From the sequence record NC_019407.1: a stretch of 64,000 bases of DNA. The stretch is one strand, 5' to 3'. Shown in pieces: positions 18,108-27,889 of this stretch (positions within the stretch are counted from its first letter, which is position 1; every line of letters begins with the position of its first letter). Below the pieces are notes generated by a model. That model ran no database searches and was not told the DNA's origin. It was given only the letters and a program-made list of their open reading frames with translations. The translations under genes and the position numbers were made by a program.

Positions 18108-18140
18108 GAGCCCCGCCTGTCGTGATTCCAGGCGGGGCTC
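18108..18140 (-). terminator. 12-bp hairpin, terminator-like on the minus strand
   Basis: GAGCCCCGCCTG/CAGGCGGGGCTC; loop carries GTCGTGATTC. Confidence 0.5.
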
Positions 18141-18340
18141 GTGCTGCTTAGGAGAAACAGAAGAGAAGAGGTCGATCCCTGGGTGGCGGATCAACCTCTC
18201 GACAGTTTACTTGAGCATACCGGTCTCCTTCCTTGGTCTGGTCTGTCTGGCGGCCTTGCGTGGCCCCTTGTGCAGATTTGAAGCTAAACCGGCAACGAAA
18301 CGGCGTCAAGACCTAAATGTGCTGATTCACGACTTCGAAT

Positions 18341-18356
18341 GTCGTGAATCTTGACA
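18341..18356 (+). promoter_or_regulatory. GANTC/-35 promoter motif upstream of portal
   Basis: GTCGTGAATCTTGACA; one of nine copies. Confidence 0.65.
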
Positions 18357-18464
18357 ACCGGGCGTTAACCATGCCATTTTCCCGCCTACCTGCCCCACCG
18401 GTAGGGCCTCCAACGTCAACTTGGGGAGGATGCGTGCGTCCTCCCCTCCTTCTCCGGGCGCCGC

Positions 18465-20366
18465 ATGGCCGGTCAGACGCCGAACTCCCTGAACATCTCG
18501 CGGGTCGCCCGCGCGACCTCGCAGGCCATCTATCTGGTCACCCATCCCGAGTACCAGCACTGGCGCTCGGAGTGGACCAAGCTGCGCGACGTCCTGGCGG
18601 GTCAGCGCGAGATCAAGCGCAAGGGCGAGGCCTATCTGCCGGCCATGAAGGGCGCCGACAAGGACGACTACAAAATCTACCTGGAGCGGGCGACCTTCTT
18701 CAACATGCTCGCCCAGACGCGCGATGGCATGACCGGCATGGTCTTCCGCCGCGACCCGTCGATCAAGAACCTGCCGCCCAAGTTCAAGGACGCCGTGCGG
18801 CGCTTCGCCAAGGACGGCTCCTCCCACGCCACCTTCGCCAAGGCGGTCCTGTCGGACCAGTCGGGCATTGGCCGCTACGGCGTCCTGGTCGACGTCACCG
18901 ATTCCCCGGTCCGCAACGCCCAGCCGTCGAGCTTCGCGGTCGGCTACGCGGCCGAAAACATCCTCGACTGGGACGAGGTGGTCGACACCGCCGGCTTCTA
19001 TGTCCCCAGCCGCGTCCTGCTGCGCGAATTCGTCCGCGACCTGCGCTGGAAGAGCGACATCGAGCCCCTGACCACCGCCAAGGCCCGCAAGGCGCGCGCC
19101 GAGGCCCTGGCCTCCGGCTCCTCGTCCAGCCCCCTGGTGCGCCAGACCGCCCGCACCCTGGGCGGCTACAGCTACATCACCGTCTATCGGGAACTGAAGC
19201 TCGAAGAGATCGAGTGGCCGTCCGGCGAGGTCAAGCCCGCCTACGTCCAGTACCTCTACGAAGAAGACCCCGAGTCGACGCCGATCGCCCGCCTCGTCCC
19301 CAATGTCCGGGGCGAGCCGCTCGACTTCATCCCCTTCAAGTTCTTCGGCGCCTCGGGCAACACCGCCGACGTCGAAAAGCCGCCGCTGCTCGACATCTGC
19401 GACCTCAACCTGTCGCACTACCGCACCTACGCCGAACTCGAATACGGCCGCCTGTTCACCGCCCTGCCGGTCTATTACGCGCCGGGCACCGACAGCGAGG
19501 GCACCGGCGAATACCACATCGGCCCGAACATGGTCTGGGAAGTCCCGCAGGGCTCCGAGCCGGGCATCCTGGAATATACCGGCCAGGGCCTGAAGGCCCT
19601 CGAAACCGCCCTCAACGACAAGGAGCGGCAAATCGCCGCGATCGGCGGCCGGATGATGCCCGGCGCCTCCAAGTCGGTGTCGGAGAGCAACAACCAGACG
19701 ACTCTTCGCGAGGCCAACGAGCAATCGCTGCTCCTCAACATCATCCAGGCCTGTGAGGCGGGGATGACCGACGTCGTCCGCTGGTGGCTGATGTGGCGCG
19801 ACGTCCCGCTGGCCGAGACCGAGAACCTGCGCTACGAGATCAACACCGACTTCCTGTCGACGCCGATCGGCGCGCGCGAGATGCGGGCGATCCAGCTTAT
19901 GGCCAACGACGGCCTGCTGCCCGATCCGGTCTTCTACGAGTACATGCGCAAGGCCGAGGTCATCTCCTCGGACATGACCTTCGAGGAGTTCCAGGAACTG
20001 CGCGCCGATCCGGATTCGTTCATCAACAACCCGGACGCCCAGGCCCGCCAGCGCGGCTTCACCAACCGCAGCCAGGAACTCGAACAGACCCGCATGGCGC
20101 GCGAGGCCGACTTCACCCAGCAGAAGATCGATATCCAGGAGCGCGCCGTCGCCGTCCAGGAAGGTCATGCCGAAGTCGCCCACGCCGTCGGTTCGACCTC
20201 GGTCTCGGCCTCGCGCAAGCTGGGCGATCCCGAGCAGGCCAAGCCGGCGCAGGCCGAGGCCGCCCAGATCGCCAACCAGCGCCGTCAGATCAACAATGCC
20301 GCCGCCCCGCCGGCGGCCCCTGGCGCGCCGCCCGCTCCCGCCCCGAACCCGAGGACCGCCCGATGA
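18465..20366 (+). CDS. Portal protein (633 aa)
   Basis: HPEY..W...RD...G...IKRKGEAYLP, YLERATFFN, PLLDICDLNLSHYR (DUF4055-type portal signatures); size. Confidence 0.8.
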   Translation: MAGQTPNSLNISRVARATSQAIYLVTHPEYQHWRSEWTKLRDVLAGQREIKRKGEAYLPAMKGADKDDYKIYLERATFFNMLAQTRDGMTGMVFRRDPSIKNLPPKFKDAVRRFAKDGSSHATFAKAVLSDQSGIGRYGVLVDVTDSPVRNAQPSSFAVGYAAENILDWDEVVDTAGFYVPSRVLLREFVRDLRWKSDIEPLTTAKARKARAEALASGSSSSPLVRQTARTLGGYSYITVYRELKLEEIEWPSGEVKPAYVQYLYEEDPESTPIARLVPNVRGEPLDFIPFKFFGASGNTADVEKPPLLDICDLNLSHYRTYAELEYGRLFTALPVYYAPGTDSEGTGEYHIGPNMVWEVPQGSEPGILEYTGQGLKALETALNDKERQIAAIGGRMMPGASKSVSESNNQTTLREANEQSLLLNIIQACEAGMTDVVRWWLMWRDVPLAETENLRYEINTDFLSTPIGAREMRAIQLMANDGLLPDPVFYEYMRKAEVISSDMTFEEFQELRADPDSFINNPDAQARQRGFTNRSQELEQTRMAREADFTQQKIDIQERAVAVQEGHAEVAHAVGSTSVSASRKLGDPEQAKPAQAEAAQIANQRRQINNAAAPPAAPGAPPAPAPNPRTAR

Positions 20367-20689
20367 GCTACCTCCTTTCGTCCTACAAGGCTCCCGCGTC
20401 CGAGGCGGTCGCCGCCCACGCCAAGTCCCTCCTGGCCGAGCAGGGCTACGCCGCTCGTGAGGACCTGATCGGGCGCTGCCAGGAAGCCAGCGTTGATCTG
20501 GCCCGCACCGCCGGGCTGAACGCGGCCGAAGCCGCCGAGGTCGGCGAGGAGATCGCCGGCTTGCAGCGTCTGATCGCCGAACTGGTCGCCACCCAAGCCA
20601 AGCTGGAGGCCGAGGGCCGCAGCGCCTACGAAGCCGCCGCCCTCAACGCCGCGACGGCCGTCTATCTGTCGCGCGGCCTGACGCCGTAA
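20363..20689 (+). CDS. Hypothetical helical protein (108 aa)
   Basis: SD GAGGA; ATGA overlap with the portal stop. Confidence 0.75.
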   Translation: MSYLLSSYKAPASEAVAAHAKSLLAEQGYAAREDLIGRCQEASVDLARTAGLNAAEAAEVGEEIAGLQRLIAELVATQAKLEAEGRSAYEAAALNAATAVYLSRGLTP

Positions 20690-20708
20690 CCCTAGCTTGT
20701 AGAGTAAC

Positions 20709-20888
20709 ATGCCCTCGCGCTACGATTCCCTTGAAGACCTGATGCACGACCTCGATCACGAGGGCATCGTGGACGATGGCTTTGGCGAACTGGACGAGGA
20801 GGACTTGTCCCTTCTCGCCCCGCCGGGCAAGAAGACCGCGCCCGCGCCGGCCGCCAAGAAGCGGGGCCGTCCCAAGAAGGCGACCTGA
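20709..20888 (+). CDS. 59-aa acidic protein with C-terminal KKRGRPKK (AT-hook-like)
   Basis: Read by eye; TGATG coupling to the next gene. Confidence 0.7.
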   Translation: MPSRYDSLEDLMHDLDHEGIVDDGFGELDEEDLSLLAPPGKKTAPAPAAKKRGRPKKAT

Positions 20889-21127
20889 TGCGCCACACCT
20901 CCGCCCGCTGGAACGTCCTGACCGTGCGGCTGGACGACACCGCCCACTGGGTCGACGAGGTCGACGTGACCATCACCGACCTGGAGACGGGCGAGCATCC
21001 GCGCGGCGAGGACGGCGAGTTCCTCCCCATCCTGGCGGCGACGCCCGAGACCATCACCCTCTACAACGGCCACGCCATCGCCGGCCGCTACGAGATCACC
21101 TCCAGCCTTGAGGCGCCTTGTGTCTGA
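20888..21127 (+). CDS. Hypothetical protein (79 aa)
   Basis: ORF track, coupled. Confidence 0.7.
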   Translation: MRHTSARWNVLTVRLDDTAHWVDEVDVTITDLETGEHPRGEDGEFLPILAATPETITLYNGHAIAGRYEITSSLEAPCV

Positions 21128-21293
21128 GACGACCCTGATCGGCGATCCGAACGCCGAGCGGACCATCGAGGTCCTGGCCATGCACCCCGACGAGGCCGCG
21201 AGCTTCGTCCCCACGCCCGAGCAGGCCGCCAAGATCGCGGCGGGCGACATGATCATCGGGATCATCCGCTACGGCCCCCCGCCGACGTCGTGA
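21120..21293 (+). CDS. Hypothetical protein (57 aa)
   Basis: GTG at 21120 with SD GAGG. Confidence 0.6.
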   Translation: MSETTLIGDPNAERTIEVLAMHPDEAASFVPTPEQAAKIAAGDMIIGIIRYGPPPTS

Positions 21294-21302
21294 ATCTTGA
21301 CA
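21287..21302 (+). promoter_or_regulatory. GANTC/-35 promoter motif
   Basis: GTCGTGAATCTTGACA. Confidence 0.65.
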
Positions 21303-21353
21303 CGCCATGTCAGGTGTGATGACGTAGCCCTCGTTAACCACGAGGGCTTTTCC

Positions 21354-21611
21354 ATGACCACCGCCGTCGACATCCAGGCCGCCGGGCACAACCTGATCGT
21401 CTACCTGACGGACACCTTCCTGATCGACGGCGAAGTCCAAGAACGCGATTCCATCGAGTTCGTCCGCAAGGGCGCCAAGCGCACCTTCCACGTCCATCAG
21501 ACCCGTGATCTCTACGTCACCGAGGTCCGGGACGCCGAAACCGATCTCAACGCGCTGATCGATGCTGGCGACGAGGCTGCGGCCCGCCAGTACATCCTCG
21601 ACGCGTCCTAG
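21354..21611 (+). CDS. Hypothetical protein (85 aa)
   Basis: ATG at 21354 after GAGGG. Confidence 0.7.
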   Translation: MTTAVDIQAAGHNLIVYLTDTFLIDGEVQERDSIEFVRKGAKRTFHVHQTRDLYVTEVRDAETDLNALIDAGDEAAARQYILDAS

Positions 21612-21798
21612 TTTGTAGCGGCGCCGATTGCCCAGCGGGCGCATGCCGGACACGCGCTGGGAACCAAATCGGCCGCGATGCGCGCGAGGGCTTTTTGATG
21701 CAGGCCTAGCGCGTCAACAGGTGGCGCCGGCCTCTGGCTTCCAGGGGTTCCTTTCAACCTGAATCGCGGCAAGTCCGGGCTCCTTTCCCGAGGGCTCC

Positions 21799-22383
21799 AT
21801 GAGCGACGATTTCGACAAGCGTTTCGACGAGAAGAAGGCGGCCCTCGACGGCGCCGCGCGGGGCCAGCTTTCGCTCCCCTTCCCTGGATCGTCCTCGGCC
21901 TCGGCCGAGGAGTTGATCCGCCGCTTTTCGTCGCTCAACCCCACCCCGCTGCCGCCGTTCGTGCTCGGCGCGGCCGTCAAGCTGTCGGACACGCCCATCC
22001 AGCCCGCGCCGCGCGAGGGTCATGCCGACGAGGTGTTCATCGACCTGCCGTTCGATCACAAGACGGTGTCCGACTGCAAGGCCAAGTTCGTCGACGACAA
22101 GAAGGCCTTCCAGGGCTTTCCAGGCGAGCCGGTCGAGGAAGCGGCGCCCAAGATCACGATCCAGGTCTATCTCAAGAACGGGCAGGTGCGCGAGTACGAC
22201 GTCGACACCCAGGCCGCCGCCCGCGAGCACGCCTTCGAGATCATCCAGACCGGCTATCGCGCCGTCGACGAGGCCGATCCCTGCACCCTGACCCACTGGC
22301 CGCCGCACGAGATCAAGAAGGTCAAGCTCAAGGCCGCCAAGCCGTGGACGACCCAGTATTTCGACCGCGTGCGGGGCACCTGA
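21799..22383 (+). CDS. Hypothetical protein (194 aa)
   Basis: ORF track; GC3 bias. Confidence 0.75.
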   Translation: MSDDFDKRFDEKKAALDGAARGQLSLPFPGSSSASAEELIRRFSSLNPTPLPPFVLGAAVKLSDTPIQPAPREGHADEVFIDLPFDHKTVSDCKAKFVDDKKAFQGFPGEPVEEAAPKITIQVYLKNGQVREYDVDTQAAAREHAFEIIQTGYRAVDEADPCTLTHWPPHEIKKVKLKAAKPWTTQYFDRVRGT

Positions 22384-22619
22384 TGACCCCGACCGAAGCC
22401 GTCATCGCCCGGATCGAGTCCGGCGAGCCCTTCACCTATCACACCCTGAGCGTGATCAACGACGCGGCGGGTGGGAACGAGGCGCGCGACCGGCTGGCCG
22501 ACCGCACGATCCAGAAGTACCGCCGCAAGGGCTGGATCACCTTCACTCGCGAGGGCCGCTACGTGGTCTGGCGTCCGACGCCGGCCGGCGCAGCGCAGTT
22601 TCACAAAGACAATGGGTAG
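22383..22619 (+). CDS. Hypothetical protein (78 aa)
   Basis: TGATG coupling. Confidence 0.7.
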   Translation: MTPTEAVIARIESGEPFTYHTLSVINDAAGGNEARDRLADRTIQKYRRKGWITFTREGRYVVWRPTPAGAAQFHKDNG

Positions 22620-23067
22620 GCCGGCTCTAAATCGTTGCACCAAATGCGAAGTGCCGTTGGTGACTGGAGAGACGCGCACGGCGGCTCAAGAAGTTCATCA
22701 GAGTCCTTATTGCACGTCTTGCGCGAACACCGCGCAGAAACAGTATAGAGATCGACAGCCTTTGGAATGGCACATGGTGCGTAACGCTATGCGCCGCGCG
22801 AGGGAACAGGGACTGGATTTTAACCTAGTCACGACTGACTTGAGCATCCCTGAAACTTGTCCAGTTTTGGGGATCACTTTGGTCAAAGGAGCGGGTTTTT
22901 CGCATGATGCCTCGCCTTCCCTAGATCGAATTATCCCGGAAAAGGGCTACGTCAAAGGAAATGTGATCATCATTTCCCACAAGGCTAACCGAATGAAGAA
23001 CAACGCAACGTTGCCCGAACTTAAGCTTCTCGTTTCGTGGTTGGAGGGCGTACAATGTGTACGGTGA
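22612..23067 (+). mobile_element. Free-standing HNH endonuclease gene (151 aa), homing-endonuclease-like
   Basis: CTKC/CTSC, CPVLG, SLDRIIPEKGYVKGNVIIISHKANRMKN; visibly lower GC than its neighbours. Confidence 0.8.
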
Positions 23068-23438
23068 GCGCGATTATGGATTATGGCCGCCATCAATGGC
23101 CCGACCTCCTGGGTCCGGGCAGTCCGAACATCGTTCCGGCCACGGATCAGCCGTGGTTCGAGATCGTCTCGCCCGGTCTGCCGCCGGCCCCGGTCCACCC
23201 TAAACCCAAGGTCCCGACCCGCGCCGAGATCGAGGCCTTCCGTCGGCTGGTCAAGGCCGCCCAGGAGTTCGACGAGCAGACAGGCCAGCCGCACTGCGAG
23301 GACCCCGAGAAGATCAAGCTGCTCGACGCGATCAACAAGCTGGCCGATCGCCTCGACGCCATCGAAAAGCGTCTCGCCGCCCAGGACAGCGCCGACGCCG
23401 AGGACGCGGCGGCGATCACCGCTTCGGTCAAGACGTGA
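23055..23438 (+). CDS. Hypothetical protein (127 aa)
   Basis: ATG at 23055, SD GGAGG. Confidence 0.75.
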   Translation: MCTVSAIMDYGRHQWPDLLGPGSPNIVPATDQPWFEIVSPGLPPAPVHPKPKVPTRAEIEAFRRLVKAAQEFDEQTGQPHCEDPEKIKLLDAINKLADRLDAIEKRLAAQDSADAEDAAAITASVKT

Positions 23439-23677
23439 GCGTCTTTGATCTCCCGGCCGACGGCTTTGATCGCCGCAAGCCGCTCTACCGGGTCTTCAAC
23501 ATCGACGGCGAGAAGCAGTGGTGGACGGTGATCGCCGCGCTCAACGCGCCGGGTCGCCGCTGCACCAAGCAGGAGGCCCAGGCCTGCGAGGACTATGTCG
23601 CGGCCCACGCCTGGGCCGAGCACTTCTGGAATTGCTACGCCGGTAGCGGCAAGGCCACCATCTACGAGAGCACGTGA
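23435..23677 (+). CDS. Hypothetical protein (80 aa)
   Basis: GTGA overlap. Confidence 0.7.
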   Translation: MSVFDLPADGFDRRKPLYRVFNIDGEKQWWTVIAALNAPGRRCTKQEAQACEDYVAAHAWAEHFWNCYAGSGKATIYEST

Positions 23678-23961
23678 TGAAACTCACCGTCAGCGGCCAG
23701 GACATGAGCGGAACCGAGACCGTTTACCTGATGCTGGTCCCGCGCGTGGGCGTTCGCCTGGAGAGCGACAAGCCCGTCACCCTGACCTTCGACCCGCTGC
23801 CGGGCGCGGCCGGCGCCGTCAGGGTCGATCCAAAGACCCCCCTGACCCTGGCCGAGAACCCCAAGCCGAGCGAACTGCGGCTGCTGCCGGCCGGCGCCGA
23901 ACAGGTCTTCTACCTCAACGCCAATGGCCGCTGGATGGTGACCTTCCGGGAGGAGTCGTGA
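23674..23961 (+). CDS. Hypothetical protein (~95 aa)
   Basis: Coupled ORF. Confidence 0.7.
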   Translation: MMKLTVSGQDMSGTETVYLMLVPRVGVRLESDKPVTLTFDPLPGAAGAVRVDPKTPLTLAENPKPSELRLLPAGAEQVFYLNANGRWMVTFREES

Positions 23962-24197
23962 AACCGGCCCAGCCCATGCCCAACGGCATGCCGTTCGGGC
24001 GCGACGGCTTTCCTCGCGTCGAGAAGATCGACGCGGTGCGCAACATCGTCACCTTCCATACCGGCGAGACGTCCCCGATCACCAGTTACCTCGCCGGCGG
24101 CGAGGAGGTCGGCAACCCGCTGCGCGCCCAGGTCATCGTCTGTGGCCCCTATCGCGGCAAGTGGCTGGTCATTCCGGTCGAGGAGGGCGACATTTGA
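23958..24197 (+). CDS. Hypothetical protein (79 aa)
   Basis: SD GGAGGAG, GTGA overlap. Confidence 0.7.
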   Translation: MKPAQPMPNGMPFGRDGFPRVEKIDAVRNIVTFHTGETSPITSYLAGGEEVGNPLRAQVIVCGPYRGKWLVIPVEEGDI

Positions 24198-24433
24198 GCC
24201 GGCCCCGCAGCGTCACCGAAGTCCTCTGCGACGACTTCCGCGCCCTCCTGACCACGGGCTTCTACGTCACCGACGAGCATGGCGAGGTCCATGGGCCGGG
24301 CACCCCGCTAGGTGATGCGGCCCTGGCGGCGACCAAGGCGTGGCGCGGCGATCTCTGGAAGGCCTTCCGCCCGATCGACGACAGCATGTGCCCGGTCCGC
24401 GTACACGAGCGCGAAGCCGCCAAGCGTCCGTGA
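24194..24433 (+). CDS. Hypothetical protein (79 aa)
   Basis: TTG with SD GAGGAGG. Confidence 0.65.
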   Translation: MSRPRSVTEVLCDDFRALLTTGFYVTDEHGEVHGPGTPLGDAALAATKAWRGDLWKAFRPIDDSMCPVRVHEREAAKRP

Positions 24434-24801
24434 CCCACCGTCCCTCGGCTTATCTCCGGACCCCGCCGATGCGCTATCCCGGCCCTTCCGGCTTCGATGA
24501 ACGGCTGCACCGGGCCGACGGCCGCCCGACGCGGCTTTTGGTCGCGCCGCATCTGGCCTGGGCGCTCCACCAGCTACGGCGCTATGGTTCGCCGATCGAC
24601 TGGCTCCTGCCGGTGACGCGCGAGGGCCTCGCCGCGCCGGGCGATCGTCCGTTCGGCCAGAAGACGGTGCGTCTCAAGCTCGGGCGCCGGAGGCTGACCC
24701 GCCTGGGCGGCTATCTCGAATACATGCAGTTCGCGAGCGATGCGGACCTTGCAACCTACAGGCAATGGCTGAAGGAGACGCCGATTTTTCCGGTGTCATG
24801 A
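24430..24801 (+). CDS. Hypothetical protein (123 aa)
   Basis: GTGA overlap. Confidence 0.6.
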   Translation: MTHRPSAYLRTPPMRYPGPSGFDERLHRADGRPTRLLVAPHLAWALHQLRRYGSPIDWLLPVTREGLAAPGDRPFGQKTVRLKLGRRRLTRLGGYLEYMQFASDADLATYRQWLKETPIFPVS

Positions 24802-24810
24802 TTCTTGACA
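24795..24810 (+). promoter_or_regulatory. GANTC/-35 promoter motif
   Basis: GTCATGATTCTTGACA. Confidence 0.65.
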
Positions 24811-24846
24811 CCCTATGTCGTCTGTGGTGACATCCGCTCGTTAACC

Positions 24847-25209
24847 ATGACGGGCTCCCCGATGATCCGCCTGACCAAGTCCCAGCACTACACCAACACG
24901 GCCAAGAACGACCGTAGCTGGTACCTGGACCCGACCCTGAAGTTCGAGGTCCATGCCCTTCCGATCGTGGCCGAGGGGCAAAAGTGCGGCTATCCGTCGG
25001 CGGGCGCCCTGGTCTGTATGAATGGCGAGGCCCACTATGTCGACGAGGACGTCGACACCATCCTGACCCTGATCAAGATCGCCCGCGCCCCGCACCTCTA
25101 CCCCCTGCAAGACTCGAACGGTCGCCTGATCAATCGTGACGCCTTGATCTATCTGGGCTTCTCGAACGGCGCGTTCGACTACGGCCTGATGAGCGGGGTG
25201 GACGCGTGA
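24847..25209 (+). CDS. Hypothetical protein (120 aa)
   Basis: ATG at 24847 (or 24862) downstream of the promoter motif. Confidence 0.7.
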   Translation: MTGSPMIRLTKSQHYTNTAKNDRSWYLDPTLKFEVHALPIVAEGQKCGYPSAGALVCMNGEAHYVDEDVDTILTLIKIARAPHLYPLQDSNGRLINRDALIYLGFSNGAFDYGLMSGVDA

Positions 25210-25886
25210 TCGGCAACCTCATCGCGCTTCGTCAGAACGAAGCCCTGGCCCTGGCGCGCGGCGTGCTGTCGAGCCCCGATCCGGTCGGTCACATCACCCG
25301 CAAGCTGGCCCAGGCCCTGGTCGACGAAGCCGCGCTCTACGAGGACCGGCGCCTCGCCTTCATGCACCCGTCGATCCTCTGCGCCAACGGCGAGTATTAC
25401 GACTTCACCGATCCCGACGCCTTTTCCTGGGACATCGAGGTGATCGCCGCCGGCCTGCGCGCCCCGCGCTTCACCGCCCAGACCCGGAGTCTCGGGACCT
25501 ATTCGATCCTCCAGCACTCGGTCCTGGCCAGCTACATCGTCCCCAAGGGCTTCGAACTTGAGGCCCTGCTGCACGACGCCCAGGAGAGCGTGCTCGGCGA
25601 CAAGGCCACGCCGTTCAAAATCCTCCTGCCCGACTACAAGCACTACGAGGACGCGGCCGAGCGCGCCGTGCGGCGCAAGTACGGCCTGCCCGAGACGATG
25701 TCGCGCGAGGTCAAGCACGCCGACGTCGTCATGCTCGCCACCGAGAAGCGCGACATCATGCCCAACCCCGAGGACGAGTGGGAAATGCTCAGGGATATCA
25801 AGCCCTTGGACTTCCCGATCGAGGTCTGGGACGTCGAGCACGCCCGCAAGGTCTTCCTCGAACGCTTCGCCGATCTGACGGCCTGA
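25206..25886 (+). CDS. HD-domain phosphohydrolase (YfdR-like deoxynucleotidase)
   Basis: RFT, YSILQHSVL, ALLHDAQE..LGD, VKHADVVMLATEKRD. Confidence 0.85.
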   Translation: MIGNLIALRQNEALALARGVLSSPDPVGHITRKLAQALVDEAALYEDRRLAFMHPSILCANGEYYDFTDPDAFSWDIEVIAAGLRAPRFTAQTRSLGTYSILQHSVLASYIVPKGFELEALLHDAQESVLGDKATPFKILLPDYKHYEDAAERAVRRKYGLPETMSREVKHADVVMLATEKRDIMPNPEDEWEMLRDIKPLDFPIEVWDVEHARKVFLERFADLTA

Positions 25887-25925
25887 CGTCCGCTCCTGAC
25901 GTAGAACGATACGAGAACATCCGCT

Positions 25926-26450
25926 ATGCGCAATGTCACCCTCACCCTGGATGGTCCGATCGCCGTCGGCAAGTCGCGCCTGCTGCGCACCATCGCCTTC
26001 GCCCTGGAGAAGACCTATCCGGGCAAGTTCGCCTTCACGGGCGACGTGGTCGACTGCGCGCCCCTGGCGGTCAACACCATCGAGCCGATGACCATCACCG
26101 TGGTCGAGAAGACCGACGGCCGCGCCTATCCCGCGACCCAGGCCGCGCTCCTGAGCGCCGAGACGGCGCGCGAACTGACCGCCGGCCTGACCAGCGACGA
26201 ACTCGTGGCCGAAATCTCCAAGGCCGTCGGAGCCGCCGCTCGCGCCGGCCTGAGCCGCGCGGTGATCGGCAAGGACATCGTGCGCGGGGTCTCCGACTGG
26301 AACGGCGACGCCAACGACACCGTGATCGGCCGGGCCGCCAAGCAGGCGCGCGCCGCCGGCTACGCGGTCAAGAAGGGCATGGATGGCGACCTCGTCATCG
26401 AGTGGAAGACCAAGGTCGCCCCGCCTTTCGCCGGCTATCTGGATCGCTGA
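25926..26450 (+). CDS. Hypothetical protein (174 aa) with N-terminal P-loop-like GPIAVGKS
   Basis: LDGPIAVGKSRLL; rest unassigned. Confidence 0.65.
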   Translation: MRNVTLTLDGPIAVGKSRLLRTIAFALEKTYPGKFAFTGDVVDCAPLAVNTIEPMTITVVEKTDGRAYPATQAALLSAETARELTAGLTSDELVAEISKAVGAAARAGLSRAVIGKDIVRGVSDWNGDANDTVIGRAAKQARAAGYAVKKGMDGDLVIEWKTKVAPPFAGYLDR

Positions 26451-26454
26451 GCCG

Positions 26455-26658
26455 ATGTCGACCCGCATCCAGCCGCATGACCTTCGCCTCCAGTCGGCGA
26501 TCGCCGACTTTCACGAGCGCAACCTGATGTGCCCGGAGCCGGACTGCGACTGGGGCGTGATCGAGACCGGGGAAGAGGACCCCGACACCTGCATCCCCAT
26601 CACCAAGACCTGTCCGGTGTGCGCCGGCCGGGGCTTCCTGCCGAAGAAGGCCGCCTGA
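26455..26658 (+). CDS. Zn-finger protein (67 aa)
   Basis: CPEPDC...CPVCAGRG. Confidence 0.65.
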   Translation: MSTRIQPHDLRLQSAIADFHERNLMCPEPDCDWGVIETGEEDPDTCIPITKTCPVCAGRGFLPKKAA

Positions 26659-27716
26659 TGACCGACATCTACGCCCCCGATCTCTGCATCTACCACGGCA
26701 ACTGCGCCGACGGGTTCACCGCCGCCTGGGCGGTCTACCGCCGCTTCGAGGGCGCGGTGCAGTTCCTGCCCGGCGTCTACGGCCGCCAGATCAGCGACGA
26801 CGTCGTGCTGGGCCGCCACGTCCTGCTGGTCGACTTCTCCTTCAAGAAGGAGGAGTTGAAGCGCATCGCCCAGATCGCCGCCTCGGTGACCATCATCGAC
26901 CACCACAAGTCGGCGGCCGAGGACCTCAAGGACTTCATCGTCTCCGAGGCGCTGATGGACCTGACCCCGGCCGAATACGCCGAACTCTGCCATTTCGCCG
27001 GGCGCCTGCCGATCCGCGCCCTGTTCGACATGGACCGCTCGGGCGCGGGCATGACCTGGGACTTCTTCCACCGCGCCACCCCGCGCATGAAGATCATCGA
27101 CTATGTCGAGGACCGCGACCTGTGGCGCTTCAACCAGGAAGGCTCGCGCGAGGTCTCGGCCTACATCTTCGCCCACGACTACCGCTTCGACAACTGGGAC
27201 GCCCTGGCCGGCGAGATCGAGATCGACCTCCCGACGGTGATCGCCGCCGGGGCGGCGATCGAGAAGAAGCACCACAAGGACATCGGCGAGCTTCTGCGCC
27301 AGACCCAGCGCGAGATGATCATCGGCGGCTACCGCGTGCCGGTCGCCAATATGCCCTACACCCTGGCCAGCGACGCGGCCAACAAGATGGCCTCCACCCC
27401 GCGCGCCGACGGGACCATGCCGGCCTTCGCCGCCTGCTACTTCGACAACAACGCCGGCAAGCGGGCCTTCTCGCTGCGGGCGATCGACGGCGGCGCCGAC
27501 GTCTCGCAGATCGCCAGCCAGTACGGCGGCGGCGGCCACGCCAAGGCCGCCGGCTTCTCGGCCGACCAGGGCTGGGAGGGCGAGGGCGACGAGGCCTATG
27601 ACGCGTGGCTGAAGACCAGGATCGCCGCCAGCATCGCCGAACTGGAAGCCGGCAAGGGCATCCCCGGCGAACTGGTCGAGGTCGAATTCGCCAAGCGCCG
27701 GGCGGGGACGGCGTGA
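26658..27716 (+). CDS. DHH/DHHA1-family phosphoesterase (352 aa)
   Basis: YHGNCADG, VDFS, IIDHHK, YVEDRDLW, GGGGHAKAAGF. Confidence 0.9.
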   Translation: MTDIYAPDLCIYHGNCADGFTAAWAVYRRFEGAVQFLPGVYGRQISDDVVLGRHVLLVDFSFKKEELKRIAQIAASVTIIDHHKSAAEDLKDFIVSEALMDLTPAEYAELCHFAGRLPIRALFDMDRSGAGMTWDFFHRATPRMKIIDYVEDRDLWRFNQEGSREVSAYIFAHDYRFDNWDALAGEIEIDLPTVIAAGAAIEKKHHKDIGELLRQTQREMIIGGYRVPVANMPYTLASDAANKMASTPRADGTMPAFAACYFDNNAGKRAFSLRAIDGGADVSQIASQYGGGGHAKAAGFSADQGWEGEGDEAYDAWLKTRIAASIAELEAGKGIPGELVEVEFAKRRAGTA

Positions 27717-27889
27717 CCGAGACCCGCACCCGGATCGCCAAGGCCGTCCACACCCTCGTCAAGGTGCTGACCGCGCCGGACGTTCCGGACGAACTGACCA
27801 AGAAGCTCGTCCTCGCCGATATCCAACGCGCCCGCTGGGAACTCCAGGAGATCGAGCGCATCTGCCAACAGGAGATCGCCGGTGGCTGA
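27713..27889 (+). CDS. Hypothetical protein (58 aa)
   Basis: GTGA overlap. Confidence 0.6.
   Translation: MTETRTRIAKAVHTLVKVLTAPDVPDELTKKLVLADIQRARWELQEIERICQQEIAGG

Noticed and set aside
25926-26450. Nucleotide kinase call from GPIAVGKS
   Set aside because: Only a Walker-A-like string; no other kinase motifs recognised.
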